Assembly (NCBI RefSeq): GCF_000143415.4
Contig: NW_003314264.1
Coordinates: 4,081,229 to 4,145,228, forward strand
Length of the DNA stretch: 64,000 nucleotides
Direction of reading: 5' to 3'
From: Selaginella moellendorffii
Taxonomy: Eukaryota; Plantae; Lycopodiophyta
Made by a program: the position numbers and the translations under genes
Shown here: piece by piece, positions 51,442 to 63,033 of the stretch
How the letters are laid out: each line of letters starts with the position of its first letter
Position numbering within the stretch: position 1 is the first letter of the stretch
Notes under the pieces: generated by a model
Seen by the model: only the letters and a program-made list of their open reading frames with translations
What the model was told of the DNA's origin: nothing
Database searches by the model: none

Positions 51442-53775
51442 CTACCAAAAGTCGGCACAAGCGCACGCTCCATCTTGAAAGTGGTGAAAGCGATGAGCAT
51501 CTCTCACAGTGATCGCCCTCTTGGCGATCCGGGACATGAACTTCGTGGCGGTGTGGCAGTCGGTGCACATCCGCAAGTTCTTCACCACGAAGAGAGGATC
51601 GCTCCTCCCGCGAGTGCTGATCATCCCAAACACCACCGCCAGCTTCTCGCTGTGGAAGCTCAGCGATTGCTCCTTCTCCTCGTCGTCGAAGTCGTGGAGT
51701 ACGTTGCTCGTATCGGGTACGTATCCGGCCTCTCTCATCTTTGCATTGAGACTATGGAGCTCGTCCAGGATCGCGCTGATTTCGGGGTGGTTTTTCCCTC
51801 CCGCCACGAACTCGTGAGCTCTACCTTTGATCGTGATGCTACTTAGACCCGCGGGCTTTCTTAAACGCCTGGCGTCCATAGCCTTCCTAACGGAAATCCC
51901 ATCGCCGTGCTTACCAGCGGCATCGTAGAGCCTTGAGAGTAGCACGTACGGAGAGGAGCACACCGGGTTGGCATTTGTGGCCCGTCGGGCGAGCCTGGCG
52001 CCACGGCCCACGTCTCCGTGCGTACGGCAGCCCGCGAGGAGGGACTTCCACGCGGTATATTCCGGCTGGAATGGCATGGCGTCGAGGAGATCCTCGCCGT
52101 CCATCAGATGGCCCGTTCTGGCCAGAAGATCCACCATGCATGTGTAGTGGGCCGCGTGTGGAGCGAGCGCGAAATCTCCGACCAGCGAGAGGAAGTAGCG
52201 GTGGCCGAGATCGAGGAGGCCGGCGTGGCTGCAAGCGCTGACCATCGAGACGAATGTGACGGCGTCGGGATGGATCCCGGAGAGAATCGCGCGCTGGAAG
52301 AGATCGGCAGCTTCGCCGGCGCGGCCGCTCTGGGCGTAGGCGCCCAGCATCGAGTTGAGGAGGATCGCGTCGCAGAAGGCCATGGCGTCGAAGAGCGATC
52401 GCGCTTCGTCCAGGCGGCCGCATTTGGCGTAGAAGTTCACGAGCGCGGTGGCGAGGCTGGCCTCAACGAAGATCTCGCCCTGGCTTGCAAGGAGGAGCTC
52501 TTCGTGGAGAAGTTTTCCCTCGCGCAGCGCCGTGAGGATCGTGCACGCATCCAGCGCGCTCACGAAGCTGATCCCGTCGGGGTGGATCCCTTCCAGATCC
52601 ATGCCCGCGAAGATCCCCAGCGCCTGGCGAGCGTGGCCGTTCTGGGAGAACGCCGCGAGGAGCGCGTTCCAGGAGATCACGTCGCGCAGATCCCCGGCGC
52701 TATCGAAGAGATCCTTGGCGCGAGCGATCTCGCCGTGGAGGCCATAGGCCGCGATCATCGCATTCACCGCTGCCGCGTCCTTGATCGGGATCGCGTCGAA
52801 CAGATCCCGGGCCTCTTGCAAGAAGCCGCTGTGGGCGAAGGCGGTGACGATCGCGGTCCAGATCACTACGTCCGTGAGCGGCATCCGCTTGAAGAGATCC
52901 CACGCCCGGTGGAGATCGCCGCTGTGGACACAGCCCTGGATCATCGCGATCCAGGATACCATGTCCCGGAAGGGCAGCGCCTGGAAGAGCTCAAGCGCGT
53001 CGGGGAGGCGACGGTTGCGACCCATCCCCGAGATCAAGGCGTTCCAGCACACCTCGTTCCACTGCGGCATCAAACCAAAGAGCTCGGTGGCGTTATCAAG
53101 ATGCCCGGCTTGGGCATAACCTCCAATCATGGTATTCCACGTCACCACGTTTCGTACGGGCGCCCGGTCAAAGATCTCTCGCGCGTGGGTACACAGGCAT
53201 CGCTGTGTGTAACCCGCGATTAGCACATTCCACGTCGCTGCGTCGCGGATCTTCATGGAATTGAAGAGATTCCTTGCCTCGGCCAAGTTCCCCTGGCGGG
53301 CAAATGCTGATATCAAGGTGTTATACGACACGGTGTTCTTGTACGGCATCTCGTCAAAGAAAAGCTTTGCATCTCGAAAGCTTCCATAGCGGGCGTAGCC
53401 AGAGAGCATCCCATTCCACGAGACGACGTCCTTGTTTGGCGTCCGATCGAAAGTTCTTGCTGCGAGATCCAGATACCCATTCTGGGCATATGCTGCGACC
53501 ATGACATTGTGAGAGAATGCGGTCGGATTCCGGATAGAATCGAAGCAGATGACGGCGTCGGCCACGCAGCCGCATCTTCCGTACATCTGCACGAGTAATG
53601 TGCCCAGCAGGGTGTGGCGATCCGAGCCCAGCCGCCGGAGCTCCGAGTGGATGCGCTTGCCATTGGCGAGATCCCTGGACAGGCAGCACTGGCGAAGCAG
53701 CGACGCATAGATCGATTCATCGCGGTGGCTGGATTCCTTGCAGAAAGATCGCCGAGCGATGTCCCGGCATTTCAT
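51442..53775 (-). CDS. PLS-class PPR protein with E and complete DYW deaminase domain (organellar C-to-U RNA editing factor), single exon
   Basis: PPR array, PG-box-like KPAGLSSI, HSEKLA, KNLRMCTDCH and terminal CACADFW. Confidence 0.95.
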   Translation of the reverse strand: MKCRDIARRSFCKESSHRDESIYASLLRQCCLSRDLANGKRIHSELRRLGSDRHTLLGTLLVQMYGRCGCVADAVICFDSIRNPTAFSHNVMVAAYAQNGYLDLAARTFDRTPNKDVVSWNGMLSGYARYGSFRDAKLFFDEMPYKNTVSYNTLISAFARQGNLAEARNLFNSMKIRDAATWNVLIAGYTQRCLCTHAREIFDRAPVRNVVTWNTMIGGYAQAGHLDNATELFGLMPQWNEVCWNALISGMGRNRRLPDALELFQALPFRDMVSWIAMIQGCVHSGDLHRAWDLFKRMPLTDVVIWTAIVTAFAHSGFLQEARDLFDAIPIKDAAAVNAMIAAYGLHGEIARAKDLFDSAGDLRDVISWNALLAAFSQNGHARQALGIFAGMDLEGIHPDGISFVSALDACTILTALREGKLLHEELLLASQGEIFVEASLATALVNFYAKCGRLDEARSLFDAMAFCDAILLNSMLGAYAQSGRAGEAADLFQRAILSGIHPDAVTFVSMVSACSHAGLLDLGHRYFLSLVGDFALAPHAAHYTCMVDLLARTGHLMDGEDLLDAMPFQPEYTAWKSLLAGCRTHGDVGRGARLARRATNANPVCSSPYVLLSRLYDAAGKHGDGISVRKAMDARRLRKPAGLSSITIKGRAHEFVAGGKNHPEISAILDELHSLNAKMREAGYVPDTSNVLHDFDDEEKEQSLSFHSEKLAVVFGMISTRGRSDPLFVVKNLRMCTDCHTATKFMSRIAKRAITVRDAHRFHHFQDGACACADFW

Positions 53776-53898
53776 CTACATCTTCGCCATACACATCAGA
53801 TGTCACGTCAGCTTGATATATTGGTGATGTGGCATGCCACGTTCAGTGTTTGCTTAGTCATTAAAAGTTCATGTCATTAGGGTGCGGTGTAGGATAGC

Positions 53899-54675
53899 AT
53901 GGCGATGGCCACTACTACGGCTGGGGCGATGGCTTGCACGATGCCCCAAGCGCGGCATTACAATGCCGCTGGAATTTGTGGTAGAGTAGCCGCTCCTAGG
54001 GCTTGTCCACGGCCGATTTCGCGATCTCACGCTCTCGGAAGCACCAGCGCTGGAGGATTTCGGCCTCTCAGAGCAGTTGCGACTGCGGATCCAACGGCTT
54101 CTTCTTCCCCATCGTCGGCAGTGCAACAGGTTCGTGATTTCTAGATTGATGGAAGAAAGCAAACACGAAACTGTGATTCCAGAAGAAGCAGTATCACTTC
54201 TTGCTGGCCAACGCGAAGTTCATGCTGGACGAGGAGGAGCATTTGCAGGAGCTCTTGAGAGAGCGCCTCCGGAACTACGACGAGCGTAACAAGGAGCAAG
54301 ATTTCTGGCTGGTGATAGAGCCCAAGTTCGTGGAGAAATTCCCAGAGATGTCGGCTCGGCTCAACCGGCCCGCTGTGGCTCTCGTGTCCACTGACCCCGT
54401 CTGGATCACGTAAGTTCTTCTAGTCTCTCGCTAGTTTTTCTTTCGCTCTCCTCTCTAATCAATCGATCTTCGTGGATTGGATTGGATTCATGGAGCACAG
54501 ATTCATGAAGCTCAGGATCGATCGCGTCTTGAAAGGCGTGATCGAGGCGGAGAGCTTGTCGGAAGTGGCGGAATCGAATCCAATCGACGTCCAGTTCGAT
54601 CGGCCGGACAAATGGACAGCGCCATATCCAAAGTATGAGACTGGATGGTGGACTCCATTTTTGCCCCCAAAGTAA
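53899..54675 (+). CDS. YCF54: YCF54/LCAA, accessory subunit of the Mg-protoporphyrin IX monomethyl ester cyclase (exons 53899-54129, 54183-54409, 54501-54675)
   Basis: Transit peptide, then YHFLLANAKFMLDEEEH, DFWLVIEPKF, RPAVALVSTDPVWITFMKLR and WTAPYPKYE. Confidence 0.93.
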
Positions 54676-55268
54676 ATGCGAGAGAATATTCCGCGAACGT
54701 TTGCCCTCGCATATGCTCCAGAATCTTGCCTTGTAGCTTATACTCTAGAATCTTGCGACACGTGTATCAATGACATTGCAACGTTTAGGCTAAATATCCA
54801 CAAAGCAATTTGGGCGGGGCGATTTTTCCAGTTCGCGCGCGAGCGCGGCAAGCGATTTGTCGGAATCGAACCCTGATTTTCAGTTTGTCTTTCTTGCCGG
54901 GGCGGCGCTCGTGGTTCCTCGCGATTGATCGATCCATCCATCGTCCATCGGCCACGAGGTCAGTTTTTTAGGTCTTCCATCCATCTGCGCCATCTTCTTG
55001 CACAGTGGAATCAAAAGGATTTCCTCTCTTTCTTTCCTTTCTTCCTTTTTTTCTCGGTCTCTTGGGATGATTAGGACAGGGTTTTACTTTTGACCGTGAT
55101 AGCACTTTCTTTTGTGGGTCGATCCATCCGTTCTACGGCACTGTTAGTCAGAAGAGAGCTAAAAAATCGTTTTTTTTTGTTCGTTGCTAGGCTGCATTCG
55201 ATCTATAGCACTGTTTAGTCAGAAGAGAGCTAAAAAATTTGTTCTTTGTTAGGCTGAAGGAGAGAAGT

Positions 55269-56251
55269 ATGCATTCAAAGAGTCTTCTCAAGGCGGCACT
55301 CAAGCACAGGAATCTGCCACCCAACGTAATAGCAAAGCGAGAGAACGAGGTTTCTGGCGGGGAAGGCTCTGCAAACTCGCCCTCTCAACCGGCGGTGAAG
55401 AAGGCCGCCATCGCCGCTCCTCCTCCGCCTCCTCCGGTGGTCAAGAGATCCTGCCTTTGCGCGCCGACGAGCCATCCCGGATCGTTTCGCTGCCGCTTCC
55501 ACCGCTCCAGGCAGAGGCAATGGGCTGGGAGGCCTCTCAGCTCCGCGATCAAGACATTGCCGAGGCCGAGCACCAGCGAAGGCGTGTTGTCATCATCGTC
55601 CAGCACCGCCACCACCACCACCACCAGCAGCAGTAGCAAAGGGGCTGTTCTTCCTTTTAAGAAGTTCGTCCCGGTGCGAAGCAGCATTAGTGCGCATGAG
55701 ACGACGAGGCCGAGCAGGCTGAGCCGAATGGAAGTTGCTGCTTCAGTAAGTTCCAACTCTGAGACAAGTGCTTCTCGGTGAGTTTTTCCTTGTCTAGAGT
55801 TTTCTCATTATCTTTCGGATGCACATGTGTTCTTTCGAATCACGTTGGATAGTTTCTCAAGGTTGTGCGAATTGCGAATGCAGGTGTAGCACTCCCGGAA
55901 GCTGCAATTTGGATGCGACGGAGCCACAACTGGAGCAGATCGTCAAGGATGAAGGTGAGTTTTACGTTCTTTTTTCGTGTCTTGAGTTTGATCCAGAACG
56001 AGAGAATGTTATTTGTGAGATTTAGGGAGCGCCGAGAAGGTTCAGGATGTGGTTGAAATCACGAGCAATACTGCAGTCCTCGAAGACGACTACAAATGTG
56101 CCTTGCGAGTCATTCAAATCTCCCAGACCGCCTCCGAGTTTGCTACGGACCACCCAGTAAGAAACTGACAGCCGTGGTTTTAGCTCAACTTGTTCTCTTC
56201 ATTCTTCTTTTATCTTTCCCCTTCTCTCAGGTTGAAGTAGCCAGCTTGTGA
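55269..56251 (+). CDS. Serine-rich plant protein with a CxCxPTxHPGSFRCxxH motif; likely exons 55269-55777, 55884-55954, 56025-56155, 56231-56251
   Basis: CLCAPTSHPGSFRCRFHR and RPSRLSRM family motifs. Three downstream GT-AG exons stay open; the unspliced stop is at 55781. Confidence 0.75.
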
Positions 56252-56398
56252 GCTCTGATTCGTCCTTTAGTGTACATACAATCTTCATAAATACATAGGG
56301 CTTATGAAAAAGAGCATGTAGTTATTCTCAAGTTTAATCAAACAATTCATACAAATTTTTTCATACAAATTTTATTGATCGTAGTTGTGCGCACAATT

Positions 56399-56864
56399 CT
56401 ATCCGCTGTTTACGAGGGCCAGCAGCAGCGCGAGAAGAACAAGGAGGAGGCGAGTAATCTGCGTTGGATCGGGAAGCTGTGGAGCGCAAGCTAGCAGCTG
56501 ATTTATCACAGTGGTGAGCAAGGGAAGACTGGATGCACCGACAGGAGCCAGATTTCCCGAAAGTAATGCGAGCAGGATGCTCGAGAGCTGTTGCACCAGC
56601 GCCGAGATTGATCCTCCATTCACAAAGGACTGCAAGATGGGGAGCACATTCGTGGTGAGAGACTCGTCGGCTCCGCCAACTGCGAGGAGGAGATCCTGGA
56701 GGGCTGCTGTCGAGCAATTGCCTGAAGTCGGACTTGGTGCTGCCATAGTTCACACTTAAGCTAAAAGAAAAAAAGAGAGAAAAGAGCTGCAAACCTGTCT
56801 GCGCAACGGATGAATTCATCATATACACCAGAACTACAAGAACCATAGTCATTACTCGCGCCAT
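56399..56864 (-). CDS. Unknown secreted Leu-rich helical protein, copy A, 136 aa (exons 56864-56795, 56739-56399)
   Basis: Signal-peptide exon MARVMTMVLVVLVYMMNSSVAQT and a 55-nt phase-1 intron. The second exon has the same length (341 nt) and conserved sequence as in copy B. Confidence 0.8.
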
Positions 56865-57264
56865 TTGGGGTTGATGTTGGAGCAATCCGAGCAGCAATTT
56901 ATATAGAGCTCCTTTCAAGATTCTTGCTTGTTATGGACACCAGTGTTGAATGGATGAGTGTACTGCTCACTTGCAGCAGCAGCTCATCTAATAGTTTCCC
57001 AATTTCAGAACGAGATTCTCAAAGGCTCGAAGTATGAGAAGGAAGCTTTCTTCTGTGCATGCCATCTTTGAGAATACACTAGGATATTGAAGTTTACTAA
57101 TGAAATAGTTAATTTAGATATTGTATACATTTAATTATATTATTTCGTGATAGAACACTCATCCATTTGACGGACTTCTGGATGTTTGGAATCAAGCAAC
57201 TTATATTAGAGCACTCAAACGCTTCTCTTTCTTTTCGTGCGTGACTCGAGATTTTGAAAAGCTT

Positions 57265-57472
57265 TCTGTGGCAGTAGCAAGCCTGAGTTCAGGAAATTGC
57301 TTGACGGCAGCTCTCCAGTGGCGGAGCTGATGAGCCCCTCACTAAGCTTCTTGCTTACATTCCTTTTTGGGAGGTTTGGCTCCTAGTGTTCCCTTGATCA
57401 CTACTGCTGTAAATCAGTTGCTAGCTTCATTGCGGATCCAACACAAATTGCTCGCCTCCTTATTCTTTTTGC
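57265..57472 (+). pseudogene. Inverted, deletion-riddled third copy of the secreted Leu-rich gene (exon 2 only)
   Basis: TCAGGAAATTGC..ACGGCAGCTCTCCA, GGCGGAGCTGATGAG, TTGATCACTACTGCTGTAAATCAG and GCGGATCCAACACAAATTGCTCGCCTC blocks match copies A and B. Confidence 0.8.
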
Positions 57473-57759
57473 AAGAGCAGAGAGAGTTATAACACTTCTC
57501 CATAAATATTTTATCTAGATTTACGTTGGGGCAGCTTTATTGATTTGCTTGTGTACTGTGGACTTCTAGTTCTGCAAAATCTAATCATTTAGTTGTTGTG
57601 TATCTACCAGTTTAGTTTAGCCATGAGTTTTTCTCATGGTAAAATACATATCTTCTTCAACAAAAACTTGGGAAATTTTTGATGTGATATCTACCTTTGA
57701 TGTTACTTCAATAAGGGTAAAATATATTAGGCATTAAACTTTACATGTTTTGGATAATT

Positions 57760-58269
57760 TTATCCGCTCTTTACGATGGCCAGCAGCAGAGCAAGAAGAA
57801 CAATTACGAGGCGAGTAATCTGTGTTAGATCCGCAATCCGTGAAGCACAAGCTAGCAGCTGCTTTACAGCAGTGGTGATCAAAGGAACACTGGATGGACT
57901 GACAGGAGCCAAACCTCCTAACAGGAATGCAAGCAGGAAGCTTAACAGCTGTTTCAACAACGCAGCTATTGATCCTCCATTCAGGAAGCTCTGCAAGATG
58001 GGGAGCACATTCATAGTGAGGGACTCATCAGCTCCGCCGGCCATGAGAAGGAGATCTTGGAGGGCTGCTGTCGAACAATTGCCTGAACTTGAACTTGGTG
58101 CTGCCATAGTCAACCCTTTTCAAAATCTCGCCGAGTTGCGACAAACAGAAGGAAAAGCGAATTGTTTGAGTAGCAAACCTGGGCTCGTCCCAGCAGCAGA
58201 TGAATCGACCATACACATCAGAGTTACAAGAGCCAGTGTTGACAAGAATACTGGGGAAAAGAGCGCCAT
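57760..58269 (-). CDS. Unknown secreted Leu-rich helical protein, copy B, 143 aa (exons 58269-58179, 58100-57760)
   Basis: Signal peptide MALFSPVFLSTLALVTLMCMVDSSAA and a 78-nt phase-1 intron; paralogous to copy A. Confidence 0.8.
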
Positions 58270-58492
58270 TGCTTGGGTTTAGATGTTTGGAGCGATCAAG
58301 CAATTTATACTAGGCACGCTGCTGTGAGAGAGTGTTAAGTTGCCAAACACGTTGAAATAATTGGTTTGAAAGGTAGGTTTATCTTAATGTAATTAGTTTT
58401 TACAACCCCGTTTCTTTAAGCGCGGTTGAGTGAAAATTAGGGCAACAGTTCTTCTCCCTTTTGTTTGCCTTGTGGTTTCCATTTTGGCGAGA

Positions 58493-59371
58493 ATGAGCAG
58501 GAAGCCCGGGGATTGGGACTGCCCCTTCTGCGACCATCTCAATTTCAGCCGCCGCGATTCCTGCCAGCGCTGCGGCGAGCCACGCCCCATGTCCGAGCGC
58601 CCCCGCGATGTGGAGTTCATCGGCAACAGCAGCGGCGGCGGCGGCGGCGGCGGCGGCATGCGGGGTGGATCTTACGGCTTTGGCGGCGGCGGGGGCGGCG
58701 GCCGCTCCTCCATGGCCGGATTCCCGGCCGAGGATGTGAGGCCCGGGGATTGGTACTGCGTCGAGTGCAATGCGCACAATTTCGCGAGCAGGACGGGGTG
58801 CTACAAGTGTGGCGCGTTCCGCGACCACGACGGCGAAGTGGGCATCGATCGCAGGTTCGATCCTTCCTCGGACCGCCGAGACTCGTCCTTCTCATCCAGG
58901 AGGTATTTTACCTCGCCTTCTTCCTCGGCCTCCTCGTATGCTAGCGCCGGTGCCGGGGGTGGTGGTGGCGGCGGCGGCTTTGGCAGGTCCGTGTGGAAGT
59001 CGGGGGACTGGATATGCCCGAGGTACTTCTCTTCACAAAACTCTCTTTTGCCAGGATTCTTTATCTTTCGAGAGAAAGGTTCTCCTTTTTCTCTCTCTCT
59101 TCTTTTTCTCTTTGCTACAGTTTCTTTGTTTCTCCGTTTTGTTTGGCTATGGAACTGGCATTTTCTTTCGTGAATTGATGCTTCAATGGAGGCTGACAAG
59201 GTTTTCTTTGGATTTTGCCAGAACCGGCTGCAAAGAGCACAACTTCGCCAACAGGGTCGAGTGCTTTAGGTGCAATGCTCGTCGCGAGCCAGGTGAGTTG
59301 GAAAAAAAACCGACTTTGTTTCTTTTCTCTTGTCGTTGCTGATGGATCCCTCGTCTCGTACAGGCATGTAA
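58493..59371 (+). CDS. RanBP2-type zinc-finger RNA-binding protein (three fingers, Gly-rich linkers)
   Basis: KPGDWDCPFCDHLNFSRRDSCQRC, RPGDWYCVECNAHNFASRTGCYKC and KSGDWICPR/TGCKEHNFANRVECFRC. The last micro-exon encodes GM*. Confidence 0.9.
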
Positions 59372-59474
59372 ATTTGATAACAATTCCAACACGGATGTGA
59401 TTTGTCCCGGCAGCCGCATTTGTGTCTCTCTCGTCCAGCATCGAGAAGAAGGTGAAACTCCGTTACCAAGAAGA

Positions 59475-62400
59475 CTAGAGGTAATAGTAGTCGCTGAGCA
59501 TGACCCTTTGCTGGAGATCATCCTCGTAAAACCTCCTCCCCTCCTCAGTCTCTAGCAGCTTGTCCAGGTTCTCTTTGTTCTGTTTTATTCTTTTGTCCAT
59601 GTACTCCCAGGCTTCGTCGCGCACGCGTTGGACCTGGGAGAGACAAGAAATATATATCAGCTTGTGATTGATCAACACGAGTATCTCGAGTACCTGTCGT
59701 GGCTTTGGCGCACCGAATGTTGCGTATCCAACATTTCCAGGATAATAACTTGCTCTTCCAGGAAGAGAAGCGCCATAAATCCCCCAACGGCCTTCATAAA
59801 TAAGCGCACCGTATTCGTCCACTGGATAAACAACAGGCTGCAATCCAATCCAAATAGTGATTATCCAGAAGAAAAAAGAAGAAAAAACAAACTTCTCGTA
59901 CCTGGGGAATTCGTGGTGATTTGTTGAAAACCTCCCACATCTCTGCAGCTTGAAGCTCTGTTTTCTCCATAAGTCGGTCTACGAAAAGAACCGACTTGCG
60001 AGCTTGAGCAAGAAAGAAAACATAAAATAGTAAGGAAATGCATTACCTGCCATGGTTTCTAGAGCAGACCGATACTCCAAGAGCACCGACGTGCACTTCT
60101 CAACGGCGTATCTCATGTATTCATCTCGTAGCGCTTGAATTTTTGGATTCAGCTGCAAGAAGTTCTCCGTTGTTAGGCCATGATTAGAGCAAGCGGGTCC
60201 TCTTACATGAACCAGGACGTCCTTTCTCGTCTTGTAGTATGTCTTGCCCAAGGCAGTGAACCCCGTCTGAAAGATTAGCCGATCAATGAGAGCTCCAGCT
60301 TGGCCAAGGAAAGATCCTGATAACCAAGAGGTATTGTCTCTGCCAAAAATCAGCTCTTCTACAATTCTGGCTGCGGGTTCATCAAAGTGAGCAATAAATT
60401 TGATGGACGAATGGAAGGAAACTTACGAGCACATAGTCGGACAGCAGCATCTACATACTCTTGCTTCTTTGAGTAAACAAAATCCGGGGGCTCTGCGTAT
60501 TGCATGTTAACAGTGGTATCCATTTTACGGATGTTAGTCTGAAGCATAAAAAGAAACATTATTCCTGGAGATAAAACGGCAATATACCTTTATGAATGGA
60601 GTATGAGGATTCGGGAAGTAGCAGTCTAGTACAGCAACAGCAGCTTCCCGATACGCTAACCTAGTGCGAGCTTCGCCAGTTTGATCTAGCACGTCTTCCT
60701 GGCCAGTAGCAAAAGACCCTCCTTGCTGCAGGAGAAAAGAATTCAGCACGGCAACTAAAATGCTCGTGGCAGGAAACGTACTCTACTTATTGCTTCTTCG
60801 AGTTCCGCTTTTTCAATGAATTCCTTGTCATGCCGTATTGCTAGAATGACTGCCTCGTTTCTGTAAGACTAGAAAGAGTGAGAACACAAGTGGCTGTGCA
60901 ATCTTACAGAATATTAGCTAGTTCCGCTCCACTAAAACGGTTGGTCAATTTGGTAATATCTTTCAGCAATCTGAGCTTCTCTTCCTCCGATTTAAACGGT
61001 TTGTTTTTAGCATGAACCTGATGCACGAACAGTAAGTAGCGATGGATGAAACTTGGCGAGAAAAGTAAACCTTTAAAATTTCTAATCTTCCTGCTTCTGA
61101 AGGAAGCCCCACTGCCATGATTTTGTCAAACCGTCCTTTTCTCAGGAGAGCTGCATCAAGCATATCAAGCCTGTTAGTCGCTCCGATGACCAGCACCTGG
61201 ACAAACATTTGTAATCAGTGCCGGATTCAAAACTGCAAGTAACGTAAGATACGCACTCTTGATGACGTGAGGCCGCTCTGAAATCCATCAAGCTCGGTTA
61301 GCATTTGTATAAGGCCCTGCTCACGCTCCCTACCTCCCTGCACTTCAAGAGTGAATAACTCATCAAGTAATAGAAGACGGCATACGTACCCCTCCAACAT
61401 CATAGTTTCCACGCTTTCCACCAATAGCATCAATTTCATCAATGAAAATGATTGATGGAGCAAAGTTTCTTGCTCTGGAGAACAGATCTTGCACACGAGC
61501 TGCGGCAACCCCGGCATACATCTAGAGTGTGACCGCAAGTTTCGGTTAACAAGACATGATACGAAATATATGGAAAGCTTACCTCAACGAACTCGGCACC
61601 ACCAACAGAAAAGAACGGTAGTCCAGCCTCGCCAGCAATTGCTCTAGCTAACAATGTCTTGCCAGTCCCTGGAGGCCCATGCAGCAGCACGCCTTTGGGA
61701 ACATAGACCGTAGGATCTTCTTTGCTTTCCTTGAGCAACTTCACAACTTCTTGAAGCTCAGCCTTGATATAATCCTGTCCGGCAAAGTCGTCAAAAGTTA
61801 CGCCTGTTTTCTCCTCGGCCGAGAGAAATCTTGCTCTGGAAATTCAAAGAAAGACTACTAGATTAGAACCAAAAGATTCACTGCTTGATTTACCTGCTCT
61901 CACCAAGTGCGCCAAGCACGTAGTTACCAGCCGTGAGATCGCGCTCTACATTCCATCCGCGATCTAAAGGATCTCTAAACCTGGTGAAGTAAGACAAGGA
62001 CCACTTGAGAAAGAAAAAGACTGATGCTGCCAGTGCCACCCGCATTCCCCACACGGTGACGATTTTAGCCTGTGGATAGAGCTGGTTCGCTATGGTGTTC
62101 GTCTTGATCACTTTTATGTCCTTGAGCTGCGGATGGAGAAGCTTCCAAACATCGCTCATGCAATCACCCGGCATTTTGTCAACCCAGTGGCGCCTGTAGA
62201 CGACGGGCCTTTGCTCTACGACTGTCACTCCATCTTTGACAACAAGCTTTCGAGCAGGCTCGTCGGCGGCCTTTCCATCCACAAAATGTGGCAGTAGAAC
62301 TGGCGAAATGAAAAGCTTGCAAGTAAGCCAAGTGAAGAGAAACAATGCTACGCAAACACTTACCAGCAATGTGCTGCCCGTAATTCGCGTACTCGACGTA

Positions 62401-62961
62401 CTCCACCTTTCCTGCTTCCAAGAGCTTCCAGAATTTGCTAAAAGCAATGTTTTGCCCGGGCTCGGGATCCAAGTGTGTTCCCCTGAGAGCGCCTGAGAGC
62501 CGCTTGTGAAAAGTTCTCCATAACTCGAGCTGTTCTTGTTCGCGGTCGATCTGAAGTGCTACTTTCCTGTCCATTTCCAGCTGCTTGTCAATCCTTTCCT
62601 TCTCTCCCTCGGATACTTTCTAAGAAACACACAAAAAGAAACCAGAGCTAAGTATACAGAGTCTTGTGAGAAAAAAATTTAATACCTTGAAGATTTCTTG
62701 CAATCTCTCCTGTCCATCGACCGCGTTTTGAGGCTCTGCCAGCGGCTTAGAACTCAGATTCTGGCCCAGCCAGGCCATTTTGCCAGCCGCATTCTTCATC
62801 GCAAGCCCCTCTTTCTTGAGGGGCATCAAATGCCCTCTCCCAACGGGCAATTGCTCTGCCATACCTCGACACAGCAGCGCATTTGGCACCGAAAATCTCC
62901 GGATCGCATCGACGCTCCTCCGCCCGTCATGGCGCATCCGCCACAGGCAGTAGTCGCCCAT
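59475..62961 (-). CDS. FTSHI4: Proteolytically inactive FtsH-like AAA ATPase, FtsHi4-type (chloroplast envelope), multi-exon
   Basis: Walker A GPPGTGKT, Walker [32 protein letters not shown]. HExxH is replaced by AYREAAVA; [12 protein letters not shown] and EALRDEYMR-like motifs match FtsHi4. Confidence 0.88.
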
Positions 62962-63033
62962 GGCTCTAAAACCTTATCCCCATTTGAAATGTTTAGGGTT
63001 CTTGAGCTAGGGTTTTAGCGAAAGAGGAGAGCA

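Noticed and set aside
52018-53223. 401-aa antisense ORF over the PPR-DYW gene, and similar shadow ORFs over the GH31, LRR and PPR genes
   Set aside because: Expected by-product of high GC3 codon usage; no domain signature.
54861-54875. GGAATCGAACCC, a reverse B-box-like motif
   Set aside because: Flanks do not form a cloverleaf.
55138-55240. About 30-bp direct duplication GCACTGTT(T)AGTCAGAAGAGAGCTAAAAAAT
   Set aside because: Ordinary local duplication in a 5'UTR intron region; no further structure.
58438-58465. TAGGGCAAC...CCCTTTTG, resembling the IPS1 miR399 target-mimic site
   Set aside because: Only 9 nt match. The CCTTTGGCA half is not conserved, and it sits in the leader of a coding gene.
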